64,000 nt of DNA from Candidatus Azobacteroides pseudotrichonymphae (GCA_002091395.1 AP017913.1:124520-188519); one strand, 5' to 3'. Positions 9,746 through 20,362 are shown, counted from the first letter of the stretch. The notes: generated from the sequence alone by a model not told the origin. Made by a program: numbers and translations.

Positions 9746-10966
9746 ATGAGTTGTGAAATAAATGATCCAGTTTTTGGTGTTATTAATATTAATGATAAAT
9801 TCATTTACAGTATCATTCAGCATTTATATTTTCAACGATTAATGCGTATTAAACAACTTGGATTGGCTTATTTCATTTATCCTACTTTAAAACATTCTCG
9901 GATGGACCATTCACTTGGAGCCATGTATTTGATGAGCAAAGCAATTTATAGTTTGCGTTTTAAAGGGCACATAATTACACAAGAAGAAGAACAGGCAGCT
10001 TTAGCTTGTATTTTAATGCATGATTTAGGACATACTCCTTTTTCTCATACTTTAGAAAAAGTATTAATAAAAAATATTTCTCATGAAGAAATATCATTAT
10101 TACTAATGTTGAAAATCAATAAAATGATTGGTGAAGGAAGTTTAAATTTAGCTATTGAACTTCTAAAAAATGAATACAAAAAAAAATTTCTCTGTCAATT
10201 GATTAGTTGTCAAATAGATATAGATAGGTTGGATAATTTACGACGAGATAGTTTTTTTTGTGGATTTGCAGATTTAAATATCGATCCTGAATGCATAATT
10301 AAAACTTTAGATGTGAGAAATGGCAGTTTAGTTGTTGATATTAAAGGGGTATCATTGATCAAAGACTTCTTTATGTTGAGAAAATTCATGTTTTTGAAAG
10401 TTTATTTCAATAAGGCAGTAATTGTCATTGAAAAAATGTTGATAAGACTTTTTGATAGAGCTAGAATATTAGTACAGCAAGGAGTAAATTTATTTGTTTC
10501 GCCATCTTTATATTACTTTTTTTATGAGAAAATTGACAAAGAAACTTTAATGAATAATCTGCAAATAGTTGAACATTTTATTAATCTATGTGATGATGAT
10601 ATTCTTTCAGCAATAGAAGTATGGAGTCGACATAGTGATAAAATTATTTCATTATTGAGTAATCATTTATTGCATCGTAAGTTATTTCAAATAGAAATAA
10701 AATCTACACCTTTTGATATTATGTATGTTTATGAAAAACAAAAACAAATTGCAAACATGTATCATATTTCACTTCAAGAAGCTTCTTATCTTGTTTGTAA
10801 TGATGAAGCCATTATCAATGTGTATGATAATGAAAGCAATGATGGTATAAATATTTTATACGAAAACGAAACCATACAAAACATATCAAAACTGCCTGAT
10901 GATGTATTAAACATTAAAAATTTTTCAGAAAAAATTAAAAAATACTATTTATATTATATTACATGA
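9746..10966 (+). CDS. HD-domain metal-dependent phosphohydrolase
   Basis: 406 aa with HD signatures HSRMDHSLGAMYL, ILMHDLGHTPFSH and DIDRLDNLRRD. The substrate cannot be inferred. Confidence 0.8.
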   Translation: MSCEINDPVFGVININDKFIYSIIQHLYFQRLMRIKQLGLAYFIYPTLKHSRMDHSLGAMYLMSKAIYSLRFKGHIITQEEEQAALACILMHDLGHTPFSHTLEKVLIKNISHEEISLLLMLKINKMIGEGSLNLAIELLKNEYKKKFLCQLISCQIDIDRLDNLRRDSFFCGFADLNIDPECIIKTLDVRNGSLVVDIKGVSLIKDFFMLRKFMFLKVYFNKAVIVIEKMLIRLFDRARILVQQGVNLFVSPSLYYFFYEKIDKETLMNNLQIVEHFINLCDDDILSAIEVWSRHSDKIISLLSNHLLHRKLFQIEIKSTPFDIMYVYEKQKQIANMYHISLQEASYLVCNDEAIINVYDNESNDGINILYENETIQNISKLPDDVLNIKNFSEKIKKYYLYYIT

Positions 10967-11012
10967 CTAGAAATAAGTGTTAAGCTAACTTAACAAGTTA
11001 TAAGTATATGAC

Positions 11013-11040
11013 TTTTTACTTGTTAGTAAAAACAGTTTTT
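11013..11040 (+). terminator. Candidate intrinsic terminator after the HD-domain gene
   Basis: 8-bp stem TTTTTACT/AGTAAAAA (11013-11020 with 11025-11032) and loop TGTT. It is followed by CAG TTTTT A TTTTT G TTTTTT. The AT-rich stem is weak. Confidence 0.35.
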
Positions 11041-11231
11041 ATTTTTGTTTTTTCATATTAATCACATTGTATCGAATACAATATAAAAACTTGTAATGGG
11101 TTACAAAATCATATTAGTATTAAAATAAATATTTAGGCAGCTCTATTTATGATATTGTTACATAAATGTGCCAATTTTTCTGTAAAATTGCTCTATAGAA
11201 AAAATTGTTGGTAAATAATTAGATTTTAATG

Positions 11232-11306
11232 GGTGGAAAATGGGATTCGAACCCACGACCCTCAGAACCACAATCTGATGCTCTAACCAGCTGAGCTATA
11301 ACCACC
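11232..11306 (-). tRNA. tRNA-His (anticodon GTG) with encoded G-1
   Basis: Reverse complement reads G(-1) GTGGTTA TA GCTC AGCTGGTTA GAGC A TCAGA TT-GTG-GT TCTGA GGGTC GTGGG TTCGAAT CCCAT TTTCCAC C. The extra 5' G opposite discriminator C is the tRNA-His hallmark. The acceptor stem has two U-U mismatches (5:68 and 6:67). Confidence 0.85.
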
Positions 11307-11326
11307 ATTATATGCTCAAGTTTAAA

Positions 11327-11334
11327 CAAAACTA
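11327..11334 (-). promoter_or_regulatory. Candidate Bacteroidota -7 promoter box (TAnnTTTG) for tRNA-His
   Basis: The minus strand reads TAGTTTTG, 20 nt upstream of the tRNA 5' end. I found no clear -33 TTTG. In this AT-rich DNA the motif is expected about once per kb per strand by chance. Confidence 0.3.
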
Positions 11335-11384
11335 TATTTTGATAAATTTAAAAAATCTAGAATGAATTTTTATATTTTTTTATT

Positions 11385-12206
11385 TTAAATTAAATTAAGT
11401 TGAGTAGCGTTAATTTTTTTTTTTAAAAAAATATTTGCCATACTTATAAATTTATTTTTTGATTCAGTTGTATAGAAACATTCTATACCATTTTTAGAAC
11501 AATGCATATCAATTTCTGGATGTCTATAAAGGTAATTTACTAAACTTTTAGCAACATAGTTTCCTTGTGAAAGAATAGAAACAGAATTTGGTAAATATTT
11601 TTTAATTTTAGTTTCTAGTAATGGGTAATGAGTACATCCTAAAATAATGATGTCTATTAATGGATCCTTATTTAAAATTGACTTTATATGTTTTTTAATA
11701 AAGTGATCAACATATGCTTGATTATGCTCTCCTTTTTCTACTAGGCTTGCCCATGCAGGGCAAGCTTCTTCTGTAACAATTATGTCTGGAAATAATTTTC
11801 TAATTTCTATAGAATAAAACCCAGAATAGATTGTTCCTTCTGTCCCAAGTACACCGATGTGTCTTGTATGTGTTAACGAACCAATTGCTTCAACTGTCGG
11901 GCGAATCACTCCTAATACTTTTTTCCCAGGAGCAATATTAGGTAAATCGTTTTGTTGAATAGTTTGCAATACTTTTGCTGATGCTGTGTTGCAAGCTAAA
12001 ATAACTAAATAACAACCCTTATCAAAAAGAATTTTTACAGCTTGTAATGTAAATTTATGGATTGTTTCAGATGAACGAGGCCCATACGGTGTGTTGGCAT
12101 TATCACCAAAATATAAAAAATCATACTTAGACAAGTGATCTCGTACTTTCTCTAAAATAGTAAATCCACCGTAACCAGAATCAAATATTCCAATAAATCC
12201 TTTCAT
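11385..12206 (-). CDS. murI: Glutamate racemase
   Basis: 273 aa with IGIFDSGYGG and the two catalytic Cys contexts LACNTASA and LGCTHYPLL. Confidence 0.93.
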   Translation of the reverse strand: MKGFIGIFDSGYGGFTILEKVRDHLSKYDFLYFGDNANTPYGPRSSETIHKFTLQAVKILFDKGCYLVILACNTASAKVLQTIQQNDLPNIAPGKKVLGVIRPTVEAIGSLTHTRHIGVLGTEGTIYSGFYSIEIRKLFPDIIVTEEACPAWASLVEKGEHNQAYVDHFIKKHIKSILNKDPLIDIIILGCTHYPLLETKIKKYLPNSVSILSQGNYVAKSLVNYLYRHPEIDMHCSKNGIECFYTTESKNKFISMANIFLKKKINATQLNLI

Positions 12207-12225
12207 TAGATGAAAATAAGGTAAA

Positions 12226-12726
12226 TTACTTTTTTAGTTTTAATTTTTGTTTTACAAGTGGTGTGGCATTAATAGCTGATGGATTGACATACAATAGCCC
12301 TGTTTCTTCCAAGATATATATGAAATTATGCTCATCACCAACTTTTCTTATAGCTTCTTGTACTTTTTTTTGAATCGGAGTAAGCAATCGTTCGTATGTT
12401 TGTTGTAATTGCTTTTGGGATTGATCATGAAAGAGTTCAGCTCTATCTGAAATGTCTTTGATTTCCTGCATTCTTCTCATTTTTACACTTTCTACAAGAT
12501 TGTTCGACTCATTCACAAAAGAATTATACTTTTTTTTATATTCTTCCTCTAAAATATTCATCTCATTTTGGAGAGCAGCTTGAGCTTTCTTTACAGAATC
12601 CTGCACGTGAATATATTCTGGCATAATTTTAATTATTTCAGAATAGTTAACATAAGCAATTCTCACTTGCGAAAACACTTTTACAATTCCTAAAAAAGCG
12701 ATGATTAACACAATTTTTTTTTTCAT
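12226..12726 (-). CDS. skp: OmpH/Skp-family periplasmic chaperone
   Basis: 166 aa with signal peptide MKKKIVLIIAFLGIVKVFSQ and a coiled-coil OmpH body. It sits immediately downstream of bamA, the conserved bamA-skp arrangement. Confidence 0.85.
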   Translation of the reverse strand: MKKKIVLIIAFLGIVKVFSQVRIAYVNYSEIIKIMPEYIHVQDSVKKAQAALQNEMNILEEEYKKKYNSFVNESNNLVESVKMRRMQEIKDISDRAELFHDQSQKQLQQTYERLLTPIQKKVQEAIRKVGDEHNFIYILEETGLLYVNPSAINATPLVKQKLKLKK

Positions 12727-12782
12727 AAAAATTAAAAATTTAGCCTTGCTACCAAGGTAAATAAATATTTTGAATATTTATA

Positions 12783-12799
12783 TTTTTTTTTTTTTTTTT
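12783..12799. repeat. T17 homopolymer tract in the bamA-skp spacer
   Basis: 17 consecutive T on the plus strand, counted directly. This is A17 on the minus-strand bamA-skp transcript, and it is intergenic. Confidence 0.95.
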
Positions 12800-12998
12800 A
12801 CGTTGTTGATCATGTGTTTTTCATTTTTTTATTACTATTTATGTTAATTTTTGTTTTTTTGACATTATAGCTTGGTTTTGTCTTATTATACTTTTTAATT
12901 GATTTATTAATTTCTATTTGAAATATCTAAATTAGATGTAGTGTGAAATTACATATCGTAAAAATAAAAAGTTTTGATCTTATGAAAAGATTTCTTAT

Positions 12999-15515
12999 TT
13001 AAGATTCTTGTCCTAAAACAAAATGAAATTGAAAACCAGAAATATTTGTTTCATGTTTTTTTCCGTTATTAACTCGATCAAATCCATAAGCCCAATCAAA
13101 TCCAATTAATCCAATCATTGGTAGAAGAATACGTATACCGATTCCTACAGAATGTTTTAAATCAAGCAGTGAAAATGATTGAGCTGATCCCCATACATTA
13201 CCATACTCCGCAAATGTTAATCCATAAATAGTGGATGACTGATCAATAATAAGAGGATAGCGTAATTCTAAAGCTATTTTTGTATAAAGATGTCCATCTC
13301 CTTTTTGTGGGAATACACCAAATTCATATCCTCTTAAACTAACTATTTCTCGATCATGTGTTGTATAATGACTTGTCATTCCATTCCCTCCCATTCCAAA
13401 TGTCTCAAATGGTTTGTATTTTTTTTTGTTATAACTCATTATAAGACCATATTCAATATGGTTCATCAAAACCGGGATGCGTTTTGCTTTTATTCCATTA
13501 TTCAGTGGAATGAATAATTTATTTTTAAATTTCAACTTATAATATTTTGCCATAGATGATTTTTTTTGAGGAAAATCACTATAATACTCTGTATCTCTAA
13601 ATATAGAGTGTGGGCATGTTGCATTGAAAGACAAAGAAAATATTGAACCATTTGATGTGTATACTGAATTATTTGTAGAATTACGGCATAAGGTTAGTCC
13701 CAAAGTTAAATTATTTGTTATATCAATAGGGAAATTTGAACAATTATTTGGTAGCCAATAATGTTGATAGGAAATACTTGGAATAAAAGTAAAATATTTG
13801 TCTGGCCAGTTCAATTGTTTTTTATAGTTTGAAGAAATATTAAATATTTTGATATAATCATTGCTCTTTTTAGAAGAGTCAAGCTGGATTACATAATTAG
13901 TGTTTAACAATAGACTATTTGGATATTTACCACCAAACCATGGTTCTAAAAATGAAATACCATATGATTGATAACAATTCCCATTGTTTTGAGCTTCCAG
14001 TGTTAGTGTTTGACCTTCGCCATGTGGAATAATTCCACTATAATTTTTTATACAAAAAAGATTTTTTAGTGAAAAATTAGAAAATTTCAAACATAAATTC
14101 CCTATGAGTCTTCTGTCTCTCAACCCTATAGATGCTTCTATTTTGTCTTCTTCTTTAGATGTTAGGTCATAATTAATGTTGACTTCTCCGGTTTCAACGT
14201 TTGTAACAGGTTGTATCTTTATTTTTTTTTTGTCAAAATGTCCCATATTAGCAATATTTTGTGCTGAACGTATTAATAAATTTTTATTAAACAATTGACC
14301 TGGTTTAGTAGATAGTTCTCTACGAATAATATTTTCGTAAATTTTATTATTGCCGTTAATAGTAACATGATTAATTCTTGCTTGTATTCCCTCATAAATA
14401 TAAATCTCTATGTCTACTGAATCGTTTTTAATGCACATTTCTATAGGATTTATTGAAGAAAAAATATACCCATTATTATAATATAAGTTGGATATAGCAT
14501 CGTCATCTTCTAAAAGCCTTTCACTAAGTTTCTTGTTGTTATAAACATCACCTAATTTCATATTTAATATTGAATTCAAATTTTCAGAAGAAAAAAATGT
14601 ATTTCCTACCCAATTAATACTACGAATAAAATATTTTTTACCTTCATCTATTTTCAAATAGATGTCTACTAAGTTATCTTTAACAGGAACTATTTTACTA
14701 GTAATATTAGCATCTGTATATCCTTTTTCGTTGTATTTTAGTACAATATTTTTTATATCTTTGTCAAGTTCTTTTTCAACAAATTTATTTGAACTAAAAA
14801 TTTTTTGTAAAAAATTTTTAGGATTTTTTAATAATGAAGATTTTTCAGTGGTATTTTTTATCATTTTTTTTAAAGTAGAATTTGAAAATACATTATTCCC
14901 AATAATATGAATGCGCTTCACTTTGATTTTTTGATTCTTTTTTATCAAAATATTTAATGCAACTTGATTTTTATTAGTAATATCATTTATTTGTTGAATT
15001 TTTACTTTGACTCTGTCAAATCCTTTTTTTTTAAAAAAGGATTTGATTTGATTCATAGTTTGTATAATCATATCCGTTCTCAGATATGATCCATTTAGTA
15101 TACTTATCGTGGATTGTAATTCCTCTTGTTCATTTTTTGTGATTCCTACAAAATTAATTGTAGATATTATTGGAGTTGGTTTTAAAACAATTTCAAGCCA
15201 TACACTGTCTTTTTTTTGTTTAGTTACAAAAATTTTCCCATATGAAAATAACCCTTGTTTAAAAAATGATTTAAACATTGAAACAATTTTTTTACCTTGA
15301 ATATCTATTTTTTCTCCTACTAAAGGCCAAAGTATTTTTTTTGATAAATTTTGCTCATTGTTGCTTATCAGTCCTTTAATTTTTATTTCTGCAATAATAT
15401 ATTCTTTATTAGAGTTGACAACAATACTAGAATCAACGACTGTTATTTCATTTATATTTTTTGCTTGTAATGCAAAAGACATAAATGAAACAAGTAATAT
15501 TATTATTTGTTTCAT
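12999..15515 (-). CDS. bamA: Outer membrane protein assembly factor BamA
   Basis: 838 aa. It has an N-terminal signal peptide (MKQIIILLVSFMSFALQA) and a repeated POTRA-like N-terminal half. The C-terminal beta-barrel region is rich in aromatic and Gly alternation (GIGIRILLPMIGLIGFDWAYGF). The bamA-skp-murI synteny supports the call. Confidence 0.9.
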   Translation of the reverse strand: MKQIIILLVSFMSFALQAKNINEITVVDSSIVVNSNKEYIIAEIKIKGLISNNEQNLSKKILWPLVGEKIDIQGKKIVSMFKSFFKQGLFSYGKIFVTKQKKDSVWLEIVLKPTPIISTINFVGITKNEQEELQSTISILNGSYLRTDMIIQTMNQIKSFFKKKGFDRVKVKIQQINDITNKNQVALNILIKKNQKIKVKRIHIIGNNVFSNSTLKKMIKNTTEKSSLLKNPKNFLQKIFSSNKFVEKELDKDIKNIVLKYNEKGYTDANITSKIVPVKDNLVDIYLKIDEGKKYFIRSINWVGNTFFSSENLNSILNMKLGDVYNNKKLSERLLEDDDAISNLYYNNGYIFSSINPIEMCIKNDSVDIEIYIYEGIQARINHVTINGNNKIYENIIRRELSTKPGQLFNKNLLIRSAQNIANMGHFDKKKIKIQPVTNVETGEVNINYDLTSKEEDKIEASIGLRDRRLIGNLCLKFSNFSLKNLFCIKNYSGIIPHGEGQTLTLEAQNNGNCYQSYGISFLEPWFGGKYPNSLLLNTNYVIQLDSSKKSNDYIKIFNISSNYKKQLNWPDKYFTFIPSISYQHYWLPNNCSNFPIDITNNLTLGLTLCRNSTNNSVYTSNGSIFSLSFNATCPHSIFRDTEYYSDFPQKKSSMAKYYKLKFKNKLFIPLNNGIKAKRIPVLMNHIEYGLIMSYNKKKYKPFETFGMGGNGMTSHYTTHDREIVSLRGYEFGVFPQKGDGHLYTKIALELRYPLIIDQSSTIYGLTFAEYGNVWGSAQSFSLLDLKHSVGIGIRILLPMIGLIGFDWAYGFDRVNNGKKHETNISGFQFHFVLGQES

Positions 15516-15558
15516 TTAAAATTCGAATTTATACTATTAACAATTGTTAATAATTTTT

Positions 15559-15996
15559 TTATTGTTTGATATACCAATTAATTTTTTTTAATTCATTAGA
15601 CTGATTTTTTATTTTTATAAACATTGTTTTTGGTGGCAAAATATTTTTAATCTTATCTGCCCATTCAATAAAGCATAAAGCTCCGCTTTCAAAATAATCA
15701 TCTATTCCGATAGAAATTATTTCTTTTGTACTTTCTATACGAAAAAAATCGAAATGATAAATTCGATTTTTCAAAAATTCTGAATAATATTCATTTATAA
15801 TTGAAAAAGTTGGACTATTTACAGTGTCATTTACTCTTAGTGCTTTGCATACTTCTTTTATAAAAGTTGTTTTTCCTACTCCCATTTCTCCGACAAGTGC
15901 AAACACTTTATTATCGTCCATATAAGAAATAAACCTTTCCGCAATTGTTGGAAGTGTTTCTAATTTGAATTCCATAATACTAAGATACATAAACAC
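15559..15996 (-). CDS. tsaE: tRNA threonylcarbamoyladenosine biosynthesis ATPase TsaE
   Basis: Walker A GEMGVGKTTFIK and motif SPTFSIINEY. The real start is probably the internal ATG at 15975 (MEFKLETL). Confidence 0.85.
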   Translation of the reverse strand: MFMYLSIMEFKLETLPTIAERFISYMDDNKVFALVGEMGVGKTTFIKEVCKALRVNDTVNSPTFSIINEYYSEFLKNRIYHFDFFRIESTKEIISIGIDDYFESGALCFIEWADKIKNILPPKTMFIKIKNQSNELKKINWYIKQ

Positions 15997-16441
15997 TATA
16001 TAACTCTGCGATTAAACTCGATCTAAACTTGCGAATTAGTTCAACTTCAATTTGAACTTTTTGTTACATTATATGTTTTGTACGTTTCAAAATACAAAAT
16101 TTATTTAAATTAATATACTTGTATCATAGATTTAATATAAAAATTATTGTTCTAATTTTTATATTACTAGATACATCTGTGAATTTTGTTTTGATTTAGA
16201 CTTACTTTTTATTTAGATATTTGTTACTATATTACTCGTGTGTATGGTTATATTTTATATCAAAAATGATTTGTATATTTTATTTTGTTTTAATTTTTAA
16301 ATAAGTGAGTTAATTAATAATTAAAACAAAAAGTTTGGTTATGATGAAAATTAAAACTGATAAGAATTTATATTTTTGAGTAAAAATTTTTAAATAAAGT
16401 GTTTATAATTTTTCATTATTTTTTTGTGATACCTTACAAAA

Positions 16442-19279
16442 ATGATTGATAGACATATTTCTGCTTTTTTCCTTAATTTAGTTGCTGAAGATCTCATTTC
16501 TCGTTTTGGGAAAAATCTTTCTAAAATCGTTGTAGTTTTTCCAAGTACGCGAGCAAAATTATTTTTTAATAATTATCTTTATCACCATGCTAAAATTCCT
16601 TTATGGTCTCCACAGTATAAAACTATAGAAAGTTTGTTTAGAGAATCTTCATCTTCACAGGTTTGTGATGATATTTTATTAATTATTGAATTATACAAAA
16701 CGTATGTTGAAGTATATAATAATCATTCTAAAAAAAAATTCGAAGAAACTTTAGATGATTTTTTCATTTTTGGTGAAACACTTTTAAGTGATTTTGATGA
16801 AATAGATAAAAATTATGTCAATACAAAATTTTTATTTGGAAATTTGAAAAATTTAAATGAATTACAAGATGATTTTTCGTATTTGTCTAAAAATCAAATT
16901 CAAACTTTGATTAGCCACTTTAAAGCGTTTCAATGTAATACTTTATTGCAAAATAATTTCTGCAGTATTTGGAATATATTGAGTGAAGTATACAGTTCTT
17001 TCAAATCAAAATTAGAGAAAAAAAATATTGCTTATCTTGGAATGCTAATGAGGAATGTGATAAGAGATGTAAAAAATCTTTTTAATGAAACCCATTATGT
17101 GTTTGTTGGGTTCAACGTATTAAACAAATGTGAAGAAAAATTATTTGATCAATTAAAAGAAAAATCTTTATTTTATTGGGATTATGATAAATATTATATT
17201 GAGACTGAAGCTGGCAAATTTGTTAAGCAAAATATTAATAAATATGGTTCTGCATTGCAGTCTAACCAATTTGATGTTTTTCTCCATCCAGATAAAAAAA
17301 TTACTTTTTTGAGTTCTTTTTCAGAAAGTGGACAGTTAGCAGTTACACCACAATGGATATCTTCTTTACAAAAGAAATTTTCTTTTATACAACCAGATTC
17401 AGCTATTGTATTATGCAATGAAGCTATATTACCTACATTAATTCAAACTATTTCATTAAATGAAATTGAAAATATAAATATTACAATGGGGTTCCCGATT
17501 ATGCAAACAGAAATTATTAGTTTTTTGCAAATTCTTATTGAAATGCAAATTTACGGGTATCGTCCTTCAGATCAATCATTTAAATACGAATATGTATTAC
17601 CTGTATTAAACCATCCATATACATCTTTAATTTTCCCGAAAGCTAATCAAGTAGAGAAAAAAATAATAGAAAATAATATTTTTTATCCAACATTAACGGA
17701 ATTGCAAAACAAATTATTTTTTACTTATGTTACTGAGACACTAGGGTTAATAAAATATCTTTTAAAAATCATTAGAATAGTAGGTGATTTTTTTAAAAAT
17801 GATCCATATTCTATATTACATCAAGAGTCAATTTTTCGTTCATATTTACTTATGAATCGGTTATATGGATTATTTTTAATTGAAAATTTGAATGTCAGTA
17901 AGGTCCATTTTTCTCGTTTATTGCATAAATATTTTTCTAAAATAAAAATTCCTTTTAACGGAGATCCTGTAGTTGGGATGCAAATAATGGGTGTGTTAGA
18001 AACACGCACTTTAGATTTTAATAATCTATTAATTTTTAATACTAATGAAGGATATATGCCTGGAAATAAAAATGAAAATACTTTCATTCCTCAATTCATT
18101 CGAAGTCAATTTGGCATGAGTACATTTGAAAGTCATGATGCAGTATATGCTTATTATTTTTATCGATTACTCACACGGGCAAAAAATATAACTCTTGTAT
18201 ATACTACAAATGAAACAAAAATAGGAAAAGCGGAGATGAGTCGTTTTCTTTTGCAACTATTAGTAGATCCTAGGTTAAAACTTAATATTAAGCAATATGT
18301 CTTACAGACTAACATTGTTACTATGCGATCTCAGTATATTACGGTTGATAAGGATAAATTTTTATTAGAGAAAATTAAAAATAAATATGATTTAAATACA
18401 AACATTCGAGCAACTGCATTATCATCAACAGCTCTGTCTTGTTTTGTATCATGTTCATACAGGTTTTATTTGGAGTATATTCAAGAATTAAAAAAAGAAA
18501 ACGAATTAGTTCCGAAAATTAACAGTTCTGTTTTTGGTTCTATTTTTCATGAAGCTGCTAAAATTCTTTATCAGCAAGTATGTATGCAAAATATTGATTA
18601 TGAAAGTCTTAATGTTTATATAAAATTTCCACAACGTATAGAGAATATTGTATTGAAAGCTTTTCAAAAAGAATTTTTTAAAGAAAGAAATATTAAGAAA
18701 GAAAATTATAATGGAGAACAGCTAATAAATTTGCATATCATTTGTAAACTGTTAGAGTGTTTAATTCGATTTGATCAAAAGCATTTGCCTTTTACAATTC
18801 TTGGGATAGAGTATAATATAAGTGGAACTATTTTTATTAAAAAAGAAAATATTTGTGTAAAAATAAATGGGATTATTGATAGATTGCAACGAGAAAAGGA
18901 TGGAACGCATGTTATCATTGACTATAAAACTGGGAATAATGAAAGTTCTTTCAAATCCTTGAAAGAACTTTTTGATAAAAAAAATATGCACATATTCCAA
19001 GTATTTATTTATGCGTTTATATATTCTCAGTTAGAAAAAAAAAATCCAATAATACCTGCTTTGTTGTGTATCAGACAAATTGGGAAAAATGTACACTATC
19101 CTCATATTATAACTTATAACAACACTCCTGTGAATGATTTTAATTTTTTTAAATTCGATTTTGAAAAAATGCTTTCCAATAAAATATCAGAATTATTTAA
19201 TTCTGATATCCCTTTTCAACAAACTAAAAATATTAAAGCTTGTAGATACTGTAATTTTAAGGAACGATGCAGTAGGTAA
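16442..19279 (+). CDS. AddB-like PD-(D/E)XK nuclease subunit with C-terminal Fe-S cysteine cluster
   Basis: 945 aa. The C-terminal RecB-type nuclease motifs are IIDYKTG and QVFIYAFIY. The four-Cys pattern has one upstream Cys (ALSCFVSCSYRFYLEY) plus the terminal CRYCNFKERC. No Walker A is visible at the N-terminus. Confidence 0.75.
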   Translation: MIDRHISAFFLNLVAEDLISRFGKNLSKIVVVFPSTRAKLFFNNYLYHHAKIPLWSPQYKTIESLFRESSSSQVCDDILLIIELYKTYVEVYNNHSKKKFEETLDDFFIFGETLLSDFDEIDKNYVNTKFLFGNLKNLNELQDDFSYLSKNQIQTLISHFKAFQCNTLLQNNFCSIWNILSEVYSSFKSKLEKKNIAYLGMLMRNVIRDVKNLFNETHYVFVGFNVLNKCEEKLFDQLKEKSLFYWDYDKYYIETEAGKFVKQNINKYGSALQSNQFDVFLHPDKKITFLSSFSESGQLAVTPQWISSLQKKFSFIQPDSAIVLCNEAILPTLIQTISLNEIENINITMGFPIMQTEIISFLQILIEMQIYGYRPSDQSFKYEYVLPVLNHPYTSLIFPKANQVEKKIIENNIFYPTLTELQNKLFFTYVTETLGLIKYLLKIIRIVGDFFKNDPYSILHQESIFRSYLLMNRLYGLFLIENLNVSKVHFSRLLHKYFSKIKIPFNGDPVVGMQIMGVLETRTLDFNNLLIFNTNEGYMPGNKNENTFIPQFIRSQFGMSTFESHDAVYAYYFYRLLTRAKNITLVYTTNETKIGKAEMSRFLLQLLVDPRLKLNIKQYVLQTNIVTMRSQYITVDKDKFLLEKIKNKYDLNTNIRATALSSTALSCFVSCSYRFYLEYIQELKKENELVPKINSSVFGSIFHEAAKILYQQVCMQNIDYESLNVYIKFPQRIENIVLKAFQKEFFKERNIKKENYNGEQLINLHIICKLLECLIRFDQKHLPFTILGIEYNISGTIFIKKENICVKINGIIDRLQREKDGTHVIIDYKTGNNESSFKSLKELFDKKNMHIFQVFIYAFIYSQLEKKNPIIPALLCIRQIGKNVHYPHIITYNNTPVNDFNFFKFDFEKMLSNKISELFNSDIPFQQTKNIKACRYCNFKERCSR

Positions 19280-20275
19280 TAATAGTGAATTTACAAGATG
19301 GTTTTTGTAAATAAAGTGATAAAAAATTATGTGTATGCCAGATTTGTTTATGAGTATAATCATCTATTCCAGTTTAAAAATTAAATATTTTATATATTAT
19401 TTAAAGTAATATATTTTATATAAAATTAAAAAACACAAAGAATGTAAATTCAATGTACATTCCTGAAATCAATAGTTTATTTGAACTTATATAAAATATT
19501 ACAGATGTAAATTGTATATTAAAAATCAAATAATAAGTGCATGTATTATATTGAAAAATATCACTTATAATTTATATATTTTATGTTACTAAAATATATA
19601 TTTTGATAATTTGAATTGTTGTTTCATTATTGTATAATTTTCAAATTAAATATTTTGGAATAAATTTTTATATATTTTAGACAAAATGTTAATAGATTTA
19701 TTGTTTTGTAGTATAAACTGTTTTTTGATTAATTGATAACTAAGGTTGGTATCATATTTATAGCAACTATAAAAAAATTGATTTTATAGAATTTTCAATT
19801 TTTGTATTGGTAGAGAATGAATGAATATATGTATATTCATTCATTCTGATTTTATTAAAATTATTTTTATTATTTATAATAAAACAAGCAAATTATATAT
19901 TTTAAGTTGGTTAGTGTTATTTATTATTATAAAATAATTAGAAAATCAGAAATATATTTTTAGTGGCTTATAGCAATAAATTTATCAGCATCATTATACA
20001 CTATGAGTTATTATTGCATTGGACATGTAAAAAAAACAAATCTTAAAAATTTATGTTTTATGTTAACTTAAAAAGTTAAATGAAAAATAAGCGACGTATT
20101 AATAGAGTATTGTTTTTTATTTATGTTGTTAACATTGAATTTTATTTAAGTTTTGATACATTCAAAATTTTATTATGTTATTGTGACATTTTATGATTTC
20201 AATAAAGTATTTTGTGAATTTATAATTAACATCAATTAAATTAATAAAGTTTAAAAATTTTTGATAAGAATAGTG

Positions 20276-20348
20276 AGCGAAAAACGGGATTCGAACCCGC
20301 GACCCTAACCTTGGGAAGGTTATGCTCTACCATCTAAGCTATTTTCGC
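20276..20348 (-). tRNA. tRNA-Gly (anticodon CCC)
   Basis: Reverse complement reads GCGAAAA TA GCTT AGATGGTA GAGC A TAACC TT-CCC-AA GGTTA GGGTC GCGGG TTCGAAT CCCGT TTTTCGC T. All stems pair, and the discriminator U is typical of bacterial tRNA-Gly. Confidence 0.9.
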
Positions 20349-20362
20349 AATTTTTGTAAAAA

